DNA of 64,000 bases, from positions 38,320 to 102,319 of the forward strand of contig JAFGDH010000015.1 of the NCBI GenBank assembly GCA_016932215.1, in the 5' to 3' direction. Source of the DNA: Candidatus Aenigmatarchaeota archaeon. GTDB lineage: Archaea > Aenigmatarchaeota > Aenigmatarchaeia > QMZP01 > QMZT01. Positions 15,245 through 24,567 of the stretch are shown piece by piece (position 1 is the stretch's first letter; each line of letters starts with the position of its first letter). The notes under the pieces are model-generated. The model did not search any database and had not been told where the DNA came from. It saw nothing but the letters and a program-made list of their open reading frames with translations. Position numbers and translations under genes: made by a program.

Positions 15245-16273
15245 ATGGAGAAGGAAAGGCTGATCGTTCTATGTGTAGACAGGGATAATGATATCGGAGA
15301 GAAGCTCCAGATACAGGGCCCTGTCATGGGAAAGGAAAAGATACTTAAGGTCGCTACCAACCTGAGCGTGAAGGACCCCGAAGAGAGCGACGCTAACGCC
15401 CTGTTCGGTTCCGTGAAGCTGTTCGACGAATTAAAGGAGAAGTATGACGCCGAGCTGGCGGTCATAACCGGCCACAGGAGCAGGGGGGTAGAGTCGGACA
15501 GGGAGATAGTAAGACAGCTGGGAAAGGTTCTGGCCAAAAGGCCGAGCGATTTCGTTATTCTGGTTTCTGACGGGAAGGATGACGAATACGTCATTCCCAT
15601 AATCCAGTCCAAGATACCGATACTTTCAGTCAAGAGGATAATAGTCAAGCAGTCCGAACAGCTTGAGTCCGGATACTATAAAATAAAGGACTTCCTTCAC
15701 GAGACCATGGAGAACCCTAAGTTCGCCAGGATGGTCTTCGGCCTTCCGGCGATCGCTTTGCTGCTTTATGCACTGTTCGGGTACGAGGGATGGCGTCTCA
15801 TTCTCGGGATAGTTGGTGCCTACCTTTTCATAAAGGGTTTCAAGCTTGAAGACTACGTGATGAGCGTGTTCGAGGAGCTAAAGAACTCGTTCACAAAACG
15901 CAGGTTCGCGTTCTTCGTGTACGTCGTGTCGTTCACCATACTCGGCCTTGCGCTTTACAGGGGTTATATGTCCATAACAGAATTTGCCAGTGTGGGGCTT
16001 TTCGAGGGCATATCTGCCTTCATGATAGCTTCCATATATTTCTTCTGGATAGCCGGTACGATCGCGTGGCTGGGCAACAACATATCCCTAGGGACGAAGT
16101 CCTCGTCCAGAATGGCGTCAGTCCCGATATTCGGGCTGGCGGTGGCGATAGTGGTCTACAATGTCTCTGACATGATACTCAACCCGGAGATATCCTCGTT
16201 CAATTTCATAATATCGATAGCCCTCGGATTCGTTATAGCCTTCATAGCGCTTTCCCTTGAAGCAGTGGATTAA
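15245..16273 (+). CDS. archaeal membrane protein of the DUF373 type (soluble N-terminal domain plus C-terminal TM bundle)
   Basis: 342 aa with N-terminus RLIVLCVDRDNDIGEK, followed by 5-6 hydrophobic helices. Confidence 0.7.
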   Translation: MEKERLIVLCVDRDNDIGEKLQIQGPVMGKEKILKVATNLSVKDPEESDANALFGSVKLFDELKEKYDAELAVITGHRSRGVESDREIVRQLGKVLAKRPSDFVILVSDGKDDEYVIPIIQSKIPILSVKRIIVKQSEQLESGYYKIKDFLHETMENPKFARMVFGLPAIALLLYALFGYEGWRLILGIVGAYLFIKGFKLEDYVMSVFEELKNSFTKRRFAFFVYVVSFTILGLALYRGYMSITEFASVGLFEGISAFMIASIYFFWIAGTIAWLGNNISLGTKSSSRMASVPIFGLAVAIVVYNVSDMILNPEISSFNFIISIALGFVIAFIALSLEAVD

Positions 16274-16314
16274 GGCGGCTGCTTATATTTCCGGTTTAAT
16301 CATGACCTCGGTCT

Positions 16315-17319
16315 TTACTCGAGCATCTCTTCTTTCTGTTCCTTTGCGGCTTCCTTTTTTAATTCTTTCTTTTCATGCTTTTTCGGAGCTTCTTTCTTCT
16401 CCTTTTCTTTAGGAAGCCTGCTCTCAAGCTCTATGATCTTCCTCTCGTATTCCTCTGCCATCCTCTTGAAAGCGTCCTCTTCAATCTCCTTCTTGAAGAA
16501 TTTCTGCTCGGCGATCTCCTTCGCCCTTTTGAGCTCCTCTATCCCGTTTTTGACCTCTTCCTCGCTCATCTCTTCCTTTATCTTCCGGAGCTCCAGCGCC
16601 TCGACCGCGTCCTCCATGTCCCTTTGGGTCTCTTCCTTTTCCAGCTGCATGTCGACTTCCTTTTCAAGCCGCTTCTTCTCAAGCTCTGCCAGCTTCTCTT
16701 CCCTGGATTCTCCCACTTTATCACCCTCCGTTTCTGACGGCCCTGGCATGTCCTTGGGGAAGTTCCATTTCATCCCGAAGGATGTCATCTCGATCCCAAA
16801 GCCGCCGAGAATTTCCCTGACCTTGTTTTCGGCCCCCTTCTTTACCCTGTCCTTCAGGCCGCTGTCCCTGTATATGTCGGACAGGCCCGCACCACCGACG
16901 TATGGCGCTATTACGCTAGAAAGCAGTTCCATGTATATGATGTCCCAGAGGTCGTCCACGTAAAGGAACGTCCTGGATTTCATGATGTTCTCCTGAAGCT
17001 CGTCAGGATCGCTTATCCTGAACCCGATGTCGAGCTCCATTCCGAGCTTCCGGACCTCCCTGGTCCTTATGTTGCGGATCTCCTTCTTTATCACCTTGTC
17101 AGATGCGTCAACAAAAAGAGCATGAGTGAAGTCGAGGTCGATGGTATTGACCGAGTAACTGCCGCCGCCCTGGAGTATCCTGTATATCTTCCTGTCCTTT
17201 TCTATCAGTACCGCTATCCCGTCGGCGACCTGTATCTCCTTCCTGAACCTTCCCGGGAGTTCCTTCCTGGATATCCTCTGGGCAAGAACATCCTCCCCGT
17301 GTTTCCATTCCCTGAACAT
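16315..17319 (-). CDS. hypothetical protein: N-terminal SPFH/band-7-like globular domain (tentative) plus a long Glu/Lys-rich coiled-coil tail
   Basis: The start is reset to MFREWKHG (ATG at 17319), because the upstream part of the 489-aa ORF overlaps the S19e gene on the other strand. The C-terminal ~130 aa are E/K heptad-like. Confidence 0.6.
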   Translation of the reverse strand: MFREWKHGEDVLAQRISRKELPGRFRKEIQVADGIAVLIEKDRKIYRILQGGGSYSVNTIDLDFTHALFVDASDKVIKKEIRNIRTREVRKLGMELDIGFRISDPDELQENIMKSRTFLYVDDLWDIIYMELLSSVIAPYVGGAGLSDIYRDSGLKDRVKKGAENKVREILGGFGIEMTSFGMKWNFPKDMPGPSETEGDKVGESREEKLAELEKKRLEKEVDMQLEKEETQRDMEDAVEALELRKIKEEMSEEEVKNGIEELKRAKEIAEQKFFKKEIEEDAFKRMAEEYERKIIELESRLPKEKEKKEAPKKHEKKELKKEAAKEQKEEMLE

Positions 17320-17419
17320 TAATTCACGAACCAGATTTATTTTAAAAATATAACAAGAAAACATAAAAATAAAGTATTTAAATTGTAAAACCCCATAATA
17401 GAGAATTGCGAGTGATGTT

Positions 17420-17839
17420 ATGAGTAAAATGGGAGAGGCACCGGCGGAGAAGTTCGTGGAAAAGATAGCCGCCGAGCTGGAGAAGATAGAGCAGATAAAG
17501 CCGCCTGAATGGGCTTCGCTGGTCAAGACAGGGGTCTCGAAGGAGCGACCGCCCACGCAGGAGAACTGGTGGTATCTGCGATCGGCATCCGTTCTGCGGA
17601 AGATAGCTGCCGGGAAGCCTCTGGGCGTCTCGAGGCTCAGGAGGGAATACGGCTCCAAGAAGAACAGGGGACACCAGCCGGAGCGCAAATATCCCGCTTC
17701 CGGATCGATAATAAGGAAGATACTGCAGCAGCTCGAGGCGGCGGAACTGGTCAAGACCCGTAAAACCAAGGGAAGAATCACCACTCAGAAAGGTAAGATT
17801 TTCCTGAACGATATCGCTAAATCAGTCAGGAATGATTGA
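17420..17839 (+). CDS. rps19e: 30S ribosomal protein S19e
   Basis: ...PPEWASLVKTGVSKERPPTQENWWYLRSASVLRKI... Confidence 0.9.
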   Translation: MSKMGEAPAEKFVEKIAAELEKIEQIKPPEWASLVKTGVSKERPPTQENWWYLRSASVLRKIAAGKPLGVSRLRREYGSKKNRGHQPERKYPASGSIIRKILQQLEAAELVKTRKTKGRITTQKGKIFLNDIAKSVRND

Positions 17840-18122
17840 AATGAATATGTTTGACCCCAATGAAATGGCTCAGGCAGCCCAGCTGAAACAGATCGAAGAG
17901 ATGAAAAAGCAGCTTTTGGGGAAAATACTCAGCAAGGAAGCTTACGAGAGGCTCGGAAGGGTCCGTTTGGCGAACCCGGAGCTCGCCTCGCAGGCTGAAC
18001 TTTACATACTTCAGGTATACCAGACAGGTAAGCTGGAAGACAGCATAACCGACGAACAGATGAGGGAGGTCCTCCGCGCCCTTTCCGAGGGCAAGAGGGA
18101 CTTCAGGATAAAGAGAACGTGA
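17832..18122 (+). CDS. PDCD5/TFAR19-like DNA-binding protein
   Basis: 96 aa with ...QLLGKILSKEAYERLGRVRLANPELASQAELYILQ.... Sits in the conserved S19e-L39e-L31e neighbourhood. Confidence 0.8.
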   Translation: MIEMNMFDPNEMAQAAQLKQIEEMKKQLLGKILSKEAYERLGRVRLANPELASQAELYILQVYQTGKLEDSITDEQMREVLRALSEGKRDFRIKRT

Positions 18123-18298
18123 TGCTGATGGCAAGGAACAAGACATCTGGAAAGAAGAAGAGGCTCGCCGCGAAGGGAGACCTCAGGCCGGCCCCCAGAT
18201 GGGCCGACATAAAGAAGTACTCGCTCAAGCGGGCAAGGTCCCGCAGGATCAGGGTGAGGACCAAGAACTGGAGAAGGGGCAAGAGCCTTAACGTGTGA
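18122..18298 (+). CDS. rpl39e: 50S ribosomal protein L39e (below the ORF-track cut-off)
   Basis: My own translation gives MLMARNKTSGKKKRLAAKGDLRPAPRWADIKKYSLKRARSRRIRVRTKNWRRGKSLNV. Confidence 0.85.
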   Translation: MLMARNKTSGKKKRLAAKGDLRPAPRWADIKKYSLKRARSRRIRVRTKNWRRGKSLNV

Positions 18299-18894
18299 TG
18301 ATCATGGCGGAAAAAAAGAGCGATATCGACCGGGTTTACACAATAAACCTTAGGAAGTCGTGGGTTAATTATTCCAGGTCAAGGAGGACCAAGAAATCAA
18401 TAAACACCATAAGGGAGTTCCTCCAGAAGCACACCAAGTCCGCCGAAGTCAAGCTTTCTAAGGGCATAAACGAGTTCGTTATGTCGAGGGGATTCAGGAA
18501 GCCTCCCGGTAAAATTTCGATAGAGGTGAAGGGGGATTTCGCATCGGTCCAGGCAAAGCTTCCCGGCGAGGTCATCGCAAAAAAGACGCAGGAGAAGAAG
18601 GGAGGAATAGCCGGCCTCAGGGACAGGCTTTCCGGAAAGGAATCACCGGTAACCAAGGAAGACCTGAAGAAAGCGGTCGAAGAGAAGGTAGCCGAGGAAA
18701 CGACGGAAGAGAAGGTGAAGGAGATCGCAAAAAAGGTCGAAGAGCGGGAGAAAAAGGAAACAGCGGATAAATCCACTGAAGTAAAGAAGGAAGCCGCAAA
18801 ACCGGAAGAAAAAAAGGAAACCCCTAAAAAAGAACCGAAAAAGGAAACCACTGGAAAGAATACCCCCAAAGCTTCCAAAGAAGAGAAGAAATGA
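18298..18894 (+). CDS. rpl31e: 50S ribosomal protein L31e with a ~100-aa Lys/Glu-rich C-terminal extension
   Basis: The N-terminal ~90 aa are canonical (RVYTINLRKSW...RTKKSINTIREFLQKH...RGFRKPPGKISIEV). The tail is EEK/KKE low complexity. Confidence 0.88.
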   Translation: MIMAEKKSDIDRVYTINLRKSWVNYSRSRRTKKSINTIREFLQKHTKSAEVKLSKGINEFVMSRGFRKPPGKISIEVKGDFASVQAKLPGEVIAKKTQEKKGGIAGLRDRLSGKESPVTKEDLKKAVEEKVAEETTEEKVKEIAKKVEEREKKETADKSTEVKKEAAKPEEKKETPKKEPKKETTGKNTPKASKEEKK

Positions 18895-18898
18895 TACA

Positions 18899-19558
18899 AT
18901 GGCAATCGAAAAGATTAGTTTTCAGAAAAACCCGAACATAGGGTTGTACGGATTCTCGACAGACAAATTATGTTTTCTCGGGGGAAGCGTCAAGGAAAAG
19001 GTCATAAAGACCATAGAGAAATCCCTCGGTGTGCCCGTGATAAAGGCAAGCATGCTCGGAACCCCGCTGGTAGGGATATTCGCGGCAGGAAACTCGAAAG
19101 GGGTTATAGTTTCGGACACGGTTTTCGAGAAGGAAATCGATTCCGTCCAGAAGCACACTGACGTTCTGGTTGTAGAGACCAATTTCACGGCACTCGGCAA
19201 CCTAATCTTATGCAATGATCACGGCTGCATCATTTCCGGGGAGATAGAGGACCACAGGAATGACATAAAGAAGTTCCTCGGCGTTCCGGTCAGGGTGGGA
19301 ACGATAGCAGGGATGGATCTCGTGGGATCTCTGGCCGTCGCCACCAACAAGGGTTGTCTGGCGTACAAGATGATCGAAACAAAGGAGGCCGGAATGATAG
19401 GAAAGACGCTCAACGTTAACGTGGACGTGGGTTCGGTCAACTTCGGAAACTACTGGGTGAAGTCGGGGATAATCGCGAATTCCAGCGGCCTGCTGGCTGG
19501 TGAACAGACGAGCGGTCCGGAGCTGGGGATATGCTCGGAAACGTTCGGATTTTTATAA
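18899..19558 (+). CDS. eif6: translation initiation factor 6 (aIF6)
   Basis: 219 aa with pentein-like repeats, FQKNPNIGLYGFSTDKLCFLG, and repeated ..G..(I/V).N..G. Confidence 0.88.
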   Translation: MAIEKISFQKNPNIGLYGFSTDKLCFLGGSVKEKVIKTIEKSLGVPVIKASMLGTPLVGIFAAGNSKGVIVSDTVFEKEIDSVQKHTDVLVVETNFTALGNLILCNDHGCIISGEIEDHRNDIKKFLGVPVRVGTIAGMDLVGSLAVATNKGCLAYKMIETKEAGMIGKTLNVNVDVGSVNFGNYWVKSGIIANSSGLLAGEQTSGPELGICSETFGFL

Positions 19559-19611
19559 TTAAAAGCACAATTTTATTAATCACAAAAATAAAAATAATGC
19601 GTTAGTTTAAA

Positions 19612-20952
19612 ATGCAGAGCAAAAATTCAAACGGAAATGAAGAAAAGATTCCGGCACAGACAAAAAAACCTAAAAAATTCCTTTTTGTCACCCTGGACAG
19701 CCTCATAGCGGACATAGCCTGGAGGATAATCAGGGAGGGTCACGAGGTCAAGTATTACATCAAGAGTGACGAGGACAAGGAGGTCGGCCTGGGATTCATC
19801 GAGATGGTGGACGACTGGGAAAAATGGGTCGAATGGGCCGACGTAATTGTTTTTGACGACGTCCTGGGGCAGGGGGAAAAAGCGAAAAGGCTCAGGGAGG
19901 CCGGTAAGCTCGTGGTCGGTGGAAGCCCTTACACGGACAAGCTGGAGGACGACAGGGACTTCGGCCAGGAGGAGCTTAAGAAGGCAGGGATAAATATCCT
20001 TCCATATGAAGCCTTCACCAATTTCGAGGACGCAATACAGTACGTGAGGAACAGCCCGGGAAAATACGTCATCAAGCCTTGCGGCGAGGCCGCGAACATG
20101 AAGGGACTCCTTTACATAGGCGAGGAGGACGACGGCAGGGACGTCATACAGGTTCTTAATGATTACAACAACGCGTGGGCAAGCAAGATCCCATCATTCC
20201 AGCTCCAGAAGAGGATCAAGGGTGTGGAGATCGCGGTCGGCGCATTCTTCAACGGCAAGGAGTTCATATACCCGATAAACGTGAACTTCGAGCACAAGAA
20301 GCTTTTTCCCGGAAACCTGGGACCATCGACCGGGGAGATGGGGACGTCGATGTTCTGGTCCGGTCCGAACAAGCTCTTCAACCAGACCCTGAAGAAGATG
20401 GAGCACAAACTGGCGGAAGAAGGGTACATAGGATACATCGACCTTAACTGCATAGTGAACAACTACGGCATCTACCCGCTGGAGTTCACATCACGTTTCG
20501 GATATCCCTGCGTCTTCATACAGGAGGAGGGGATGCTCACCCCGATCGGGGATTTCCTTTACGAGCTCGCGGAAGGCAAGAAGCCGCAGCTGAAGGTCAG
20601 GTCAGGCTTCCAGCTCGGCATCAGGATAGTAGTCCCGCCGTTCCCGTTCACCGACAACGAGACATTCAACGTCAAATCCAAGGATTCCGTCATATCCTTC
20701 AAGAAGAGCAAGGACGGGGTCCACTTCGAGGACGTCAAGCTGGTCAACGGCGAATGGGTGGTCACTGGTAACAGCGGCGTCGTGCTTGTCGTATGCGGCT
20801 GCGGGCAGACCATGAAGCAGGCCCAGGCCCAGGCGTACCAGAGGATAAAGAATCTCTCCATACCCCACATGTACTACAGGGACGACATCGGAGACAGGTG
20901 GTACGACGACTCAGACAAGCTCCACACCTGGGGATACCTCAGGGAAAGCTGA
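19612..20952 (+). CDS. ATP-grasp enzyme related to phosphoribosylamine-glycine ligase (PurD-like, divergent)
   Basis: 446 aa with YVIKPCGEAANMKGLLYIGE and NFEHKKLFPGNLGPSTGEMGT (cf. PurD EHKR..GD.GPNTGGMG). Confidence 0.65.
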   Translation: MQSKNSNGNEEKIPAQTKKPKKFLFVTLDSLIADIAWRIIREGHEVKYYIKSDEDKEVGLGFIEMVDDWEKWVEWADVIVFDDVLGQGEKAKRLREAGKLVVGGSPYTDKLEDDRDFGQEELKKAGINILPYEAFTNFEDAIQYVRNSPGKYVIKPCGEAANMKGLLYIGEEDDGRDVIQVLNDYNNAWASKIPSFQLQKRIKGVEIAVGAFFNGKEFIYPINVNFEHKKLFPGNLGPSTGEMGTSMFWSGPNKLFNQTLKKMEHKLAEEGYIGYIDLNCIVNNYGIYPLEFTSRFGYPCVFIQEEGMLTPIGDFLYELAEGKKPQLKVRSGFQLGIRIVVPPFPFTDNETFNVKSKDSVISFKKSKDGVHFEDVKLVNGEWVVTGNSGVVLVVCGCGQTMKQAQAQAYQRIKNLSIPHMYYRDDIGDRWYDDSDKLHTWGYLRES

Positions 20953-21039
20953 AAAAATCTTTTATAATCTCTTTTTTGACTAGCGATATTCGTTCCTTTA
21001 ATGTATCCTCTATTAAAACATTTCTCAGAATATTATTCT

Positions 21040-22122
21040 ATGAAGATAAAACAGCTCCCCGAGGACTTCGTGGTCAGGGAGGTATTCGAGAAGCAGAAGC
21101 CGATGGAGGGACGGAAGACGGAGGACAGCCCTTACATCTGGTTCAAGCTCAAGAAGACGAACTGGGACATGTTCCGCGCGTTAAATATGATCTCCCGGAG
21201 GCTCGGGGTGTCGATCAAAAGGTTCGGGTACGCCGGCACCAAGGACAAGGCGGCCGTCACCTACCAGCGGATTTCGGTGTGGAACGTCCCTCTCGAAAAG
21301 CTGGAAAGGGTGAGGATCAAGGATATCGAGCTCTCGGAGTTCGAGGAGAAGAGGGAACGGATCAACCTCGGAGACCTGAAGGGGAATGAATTCGAGATAG
21401 TCGTTCGTGACATCGATCCGGAGGAAAGGGGAAGGACAGAGAAGAACCTGAAAAGGATCAAAAAGGACGGGGTGATAAACCTTTACGGCGAGCAGAGGTT
21501 CGGGATAAGGGGGAACACGCACCTGGTCGGGAAGGAGATGCTGAAGAACAACATGGAGGAGGCCGTATGGATATACCTGACGCACGGCGAGGAAATAAAC
21601 GAGGAGTCCAGGACGTTCCGGAGGAACCTTAAAATGACCAGGGAGTTCTCTCTCGCTTTGCGTGAGTGCCCGAGACATCTCAGGAACGAGCGCATACTAT
21701 TGGAACATCTTTCCAGGGAACCGAAGGATTTCGCCGGAGCGCTGCGACGAATTCCGAAAGGATTCAGGAAGATGCTGGTTCACGCTTACCAGTCTTACCT
21801 GTGGAACGAGGTCGCGAAGGCAACGAAAGAGAAGGTCATCCCTCTGGTAGGCTTCGACACGGATCTCTCGAAATATAAGTCGGGAAAGGAAATAGGGAAG
21901 ATACTAAAAAAGGAAGGGATCAGGCAGGATGACTTCCGCATGCCCTCGATGCCGGAACTGGCGAGCGAAGGGGACGAGAGGGAAAGAATCGTCGAAGCGA
22001 AGCGAATGGAATGGGAGTTCGGGGACGACGATCTCAACGAGGGAAGGGTGAAATGCGTTCTGAAATTCGAGATCCATAAAGGGGCTTACGCGACGGTGGT
22101 CATTGACGAGGCGTTCAGATGA
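21040..22122 (+). CDS. truD: tRNA pseudouridine synthase D (TruD/Pus7 family)
   Basis: MKIKQLPEDFVVREV..., FGYAGTKDKAAVTYQRISV, NLYGEQRFG. The ORF track starts at 21001, but the Met at 21040 fits the family N-terminus. Confidence 0.88.
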   Translation: MKIKQLPEDFVVREVFEKQKPMEGRKTEDSPYIWFKLKKTNWDMFRALNMISRRLGVSIKRFGYAGTKDKAAVTYQRISVWNVPLEKLERVRIKDIELSEFEEKRERINLGDLKGNEFEIVVRDIDPEERGRTEKNLKRIKKDGVINLYGEQRFGIRGNTHLVGKEMLKNNMEEAVWIYLTHGEEINEESRTFRRNLKMTREFSLALRECPRHLRNERILLEHLSREPKDFAGALRRIPKGFRKMLVHAYQSYLWNEVAKATKEKVIPLVGFDTDLSKYKSGKEIGKILKKEGIRQDDFRMPSMPELASEGDERERIVEAKRMEWEFGDDDLNEGRVKCVLKFEIHKGAYATVVIDEAFR

Positions 22123-23213
22123 GGATAGGGAAATTCGCGACGGTGGGGGCAAGCGGCATACTGGTAAACGAGTTCTTATTGTTGCTTTTAACCGAGGTCG
22201 CCGGGTTATATTTCCTGGTTTCCTCCGTTATAGCGATAGAGACCGCGATCATAACGAATTTCTTTCTCAATAATTCCTGGACATTCAGCGACCGGAGGGA
22301 AGAGGGACTGAGAAAGAGGTTCGCGAAATTCAACGCCGTGTCGCTGGTGGGGATGGCCTTCAACGTGATCCTTCTCTACGCTTTCACGGAATTCTTCGGG
22401 ATATATTACATGGTCTCGAATGTAATGGCGATATTCATCGTTTTTGTATGGAACTATTTCGCGAACATGGCATGGACGTGGTCATTCCGCGAGGGGAAGA
22501 GCGCTCCCGTGAAGAGGAACCCTCTGATCTCTGTAATAATCCCGACATACAACGAGCGGGAGAACATGGAGGTTCTCGTGCCGGAAATATTCATGACACT
22601 TTCCAGAAACAATATCAGGGGGGAGGTGATAGTGGTGGACGACAACTCCCCCGACGGGACGTGGAAGGCCGCGGAGAAGATGAAGAAGATGTATAATATC
22701 AAGGTCGTCAGGAGAAAGGGTAAGATGGGCCTTTCATCGGCCGTTCTGAAAGGAATGGGAAAGGCTGAAGGCGACATAATAGGAGTTATGGACGCCGATT
22801 TTTCCCACCCGCCTGAGATCATACCGGAGCTGGTAGAGCCGATAATGAAAAACCAGGCCGACATGACAGTCGGCAGCCGCAAGATAAAGGGCGGAGGGAC
22901 GGAGGGATGGCCGCTGACCAGGGAGATAATCTCCTGGGGGGCATCTCTTCTCGCGAAACCGCTGACCAGCGTAAAGGATCCTATGTCAGGGTTCTTCTTC
23001 TTCAAGAGGGGCGTGACCAGGGGGATCGGGCTGAACCCGACCGGCTACAAGATAGGGCTGGAGATAATGGTGAAGGGGAACCACGGGGTAATAAAGGAAA
23101 TCCCTTTCGTGTTCAGGAACAGGCGGTTCGGAAAGAGCAAGCTGACGGTTTCCGAGGATCTCCGCTACCTGTTCCACTTGATCAAATTATATTGGTTCAG
23201 GATAAATAGATAA
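22119..23213 (+). CDS. fusion of a GtrA-like membrane domain and a GT2 polyprenol/dolichol-phosphate hexosyltransferase (DPM1-like)
   Basis: The N-terminal 4-TM segment begins FATVGASGILVNEFLL. It is followed by SVIIPTYNERENM...VIVVDDNSPDGT...MDADFSHPP...FGKSKL. ATGA overlap with truD. Confidence 0.85.
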   Translation: MRIGKFATVGASGILVNEFLLLLLTEVAGLYFLVSSVIAIETAIITNFFLNNSWTFSDRREEGLRKRFAKFNAVSLVGMAFNVILLYAFTEFFGIYYMVSNVMAIFIVFVWNYFANMAWTWSFREGKSAPVKRNPLISVIIPTYNERENMEVLVPEIFMTLSRNNIRGEVIVVDDNSPDGTWKAAEKMKKMYNIKVVRRKGKMGLSSAVLKGMGKAEGDIIGVMDADFSHPPEIIPELVEPIMKNQADMTVGSRKIKGGGTEGWPLTREIISWGASLLAKPLTSVKDPMSGFFFFKRGVTRGIGLNPTGYKIGLEIMVKGNHGVIKEIPFVFRNRRFGKSKLTVSEDLRYLFHLIKLYWFRINR

Positions 23214-23214
23214 T

Positions 23215-24567
23215 ATGGGACGTGCCTTTTCGGACAGGGAAATCCTTATATTCCTGCTTTTTTTAGTGTGCTTCTCGTACTTTTACGTCCCGGGCGGATG
23301 GAACGAGAACAGCAGGTTCGACCTGATATACTCGATGGCGCATAACGGTACGCTGTGGATAGACTCTTACCATGAGAACACCCAGGACAAATCCTACTTC
23401 GAGGAGCATTATTATTCGGACAAGGCGCCAGGGTCATCCTTCCTCGGTCTGATTCCTTACATGATCTTTTATCCCTTGCTCCCGAATCCTGATGCCTCCG
23501 AATATCTGATAAGGTTCCTCGTGGTATCCCTCCCGTCTGCTTTCATGTGTCTGCTCATTTACAGGATTTCCGGGGAGTTCACGAAGAAGGAGAAGCACCG
23601 TTTGCTGGTCACGATAGCCTACGGGCTGGGGACGCTGGTGTTCCCGTACTCGGTGATGTTCTACGGCCACCAGATTGCCGGAGTGCTGGTGTTATCATCG
23701 TTCTATCTGATTTTCAGGAACCAGCGGAGACTGACGCATGAACACCTTTTCTCCGTAGGGCTGATGATGGGAATCGCGGCCATAACAGAATTCCCTGTGG
23801 CGATAATATCCGTACTGATGTTTTTCTATGCACTGAAGGTTCTCGAGAACAGGGAGAACATCTCGTTCTTCATCGCCGGCATAATCCCGCCGCTCATCCT
23901 CCTTTTCAGCTATAACTTCCTCTGTTTCGGCAGTCCCCTTTCGCTGGGCTACTCCCACCTGGTCTTTCAGGATTCCATCGGTTACCAGTCGCAGGGATTT
24001 CTAGGCGTATCACTGCCCGACCCTTACGCGCTTTACGGCATCCTTCTTTCGCCTTACAGGGGACTGTTCTTCTTTTCCCCGTTCCTCCTGCTTTGCATAC
24101 CCGGCTTCTACCATTTCTACAGAAATCACCGTCTAAGGAAGGAGTTCTGGCTGTTCTTCCTTTCCGTGCTGGCTTTCATTTTATGGAATTCTGCATATTC
24201 GGTCTGGTGGGGAGGATGGGCGACCGGGCCGAGGCACCTGATTCCGGTCATCCCGTTCATGATAATTCCGGTAATGATGTATACTAGGGAGTTCGATGAA
24301 TGGAGGGAGAGGGCAGCGATCGCCCTTGCCGCAATATCTGTTTTTCTCGTTTCCCTTGTAACAATAACAGACCCTAATCTTCCTGAAAAGACCTACCATC
24401 CCCTCTTCCAGCACACCCTACCGATGCTTGCGAGGGGGGAGATTGGGATGAATTTCGGCAGTATCCTCGGGCTTCATGGCTGGTTTTCCCTGGTTCCTCT
24501 CGCCGCCGCCCTGGCGATAATATCATGGCTGCTGGTCAGGGAAAACAGGAGGAAGAATGAGGATTGA
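23215..24567 (+). CDS. GT-C fold membrane glycosyltransferase (family uncertain)
   Basis: 450 aa with >10 TM segments. The first loop reads NSRFDLIYSMA...YYSDKAPGSSFLG, resembling lipid-linked-sugar-dependent GT-C enzymes. Confidence 0.6.
   Translation: MGRAFSDREILIFLLFLVCFSYFYVPGGWNENSRFDLIYSMAHNGTLWIDSYHENTQDKSYFEEHYYSDKAPGSSFLGLIPYMIFYPLLPNPDASEYLIRFLVVSLPSAFMCLLIYRISGEFTKKEKHRLLVTIAYGLGTLVFPYSVMFYGHQIAGVLVLSSFYLIFRNQRRLTHEHLFSVGLMMGIAAITEFPVAIISVLMFFYALKVLENRENISFFIAGIIPPLILLFSYNFLCFGSPLSLGYSHLVFQDSIGYQSQGFLGVSLPDPYALYGILLSPYRGLFFFSPFLLLCIPGFYHFYRNHRLRKEFWLFFLSVLAFILWNSAYSVWWGGWATGPRHLIPVIPFMIIPVMMYTREFDEWRERAAIALAAISVFLVSLVTITDPNLPEKTYHPLFQHTLPMLARGEIGMNFGSILGLHGWFSLVPLAAALAIISWLLVRENRRKNED

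Noticed and set aside
17320-17784. N-terminal 155 residues of the 489-aa minus-strand ORF
   Set aside because: This part overlaps the well-supported S19e gene on the plus strand and is compositionally odd. The internal Met at 17319, followed by an AT-rich promoter-like spacer, is a better start.
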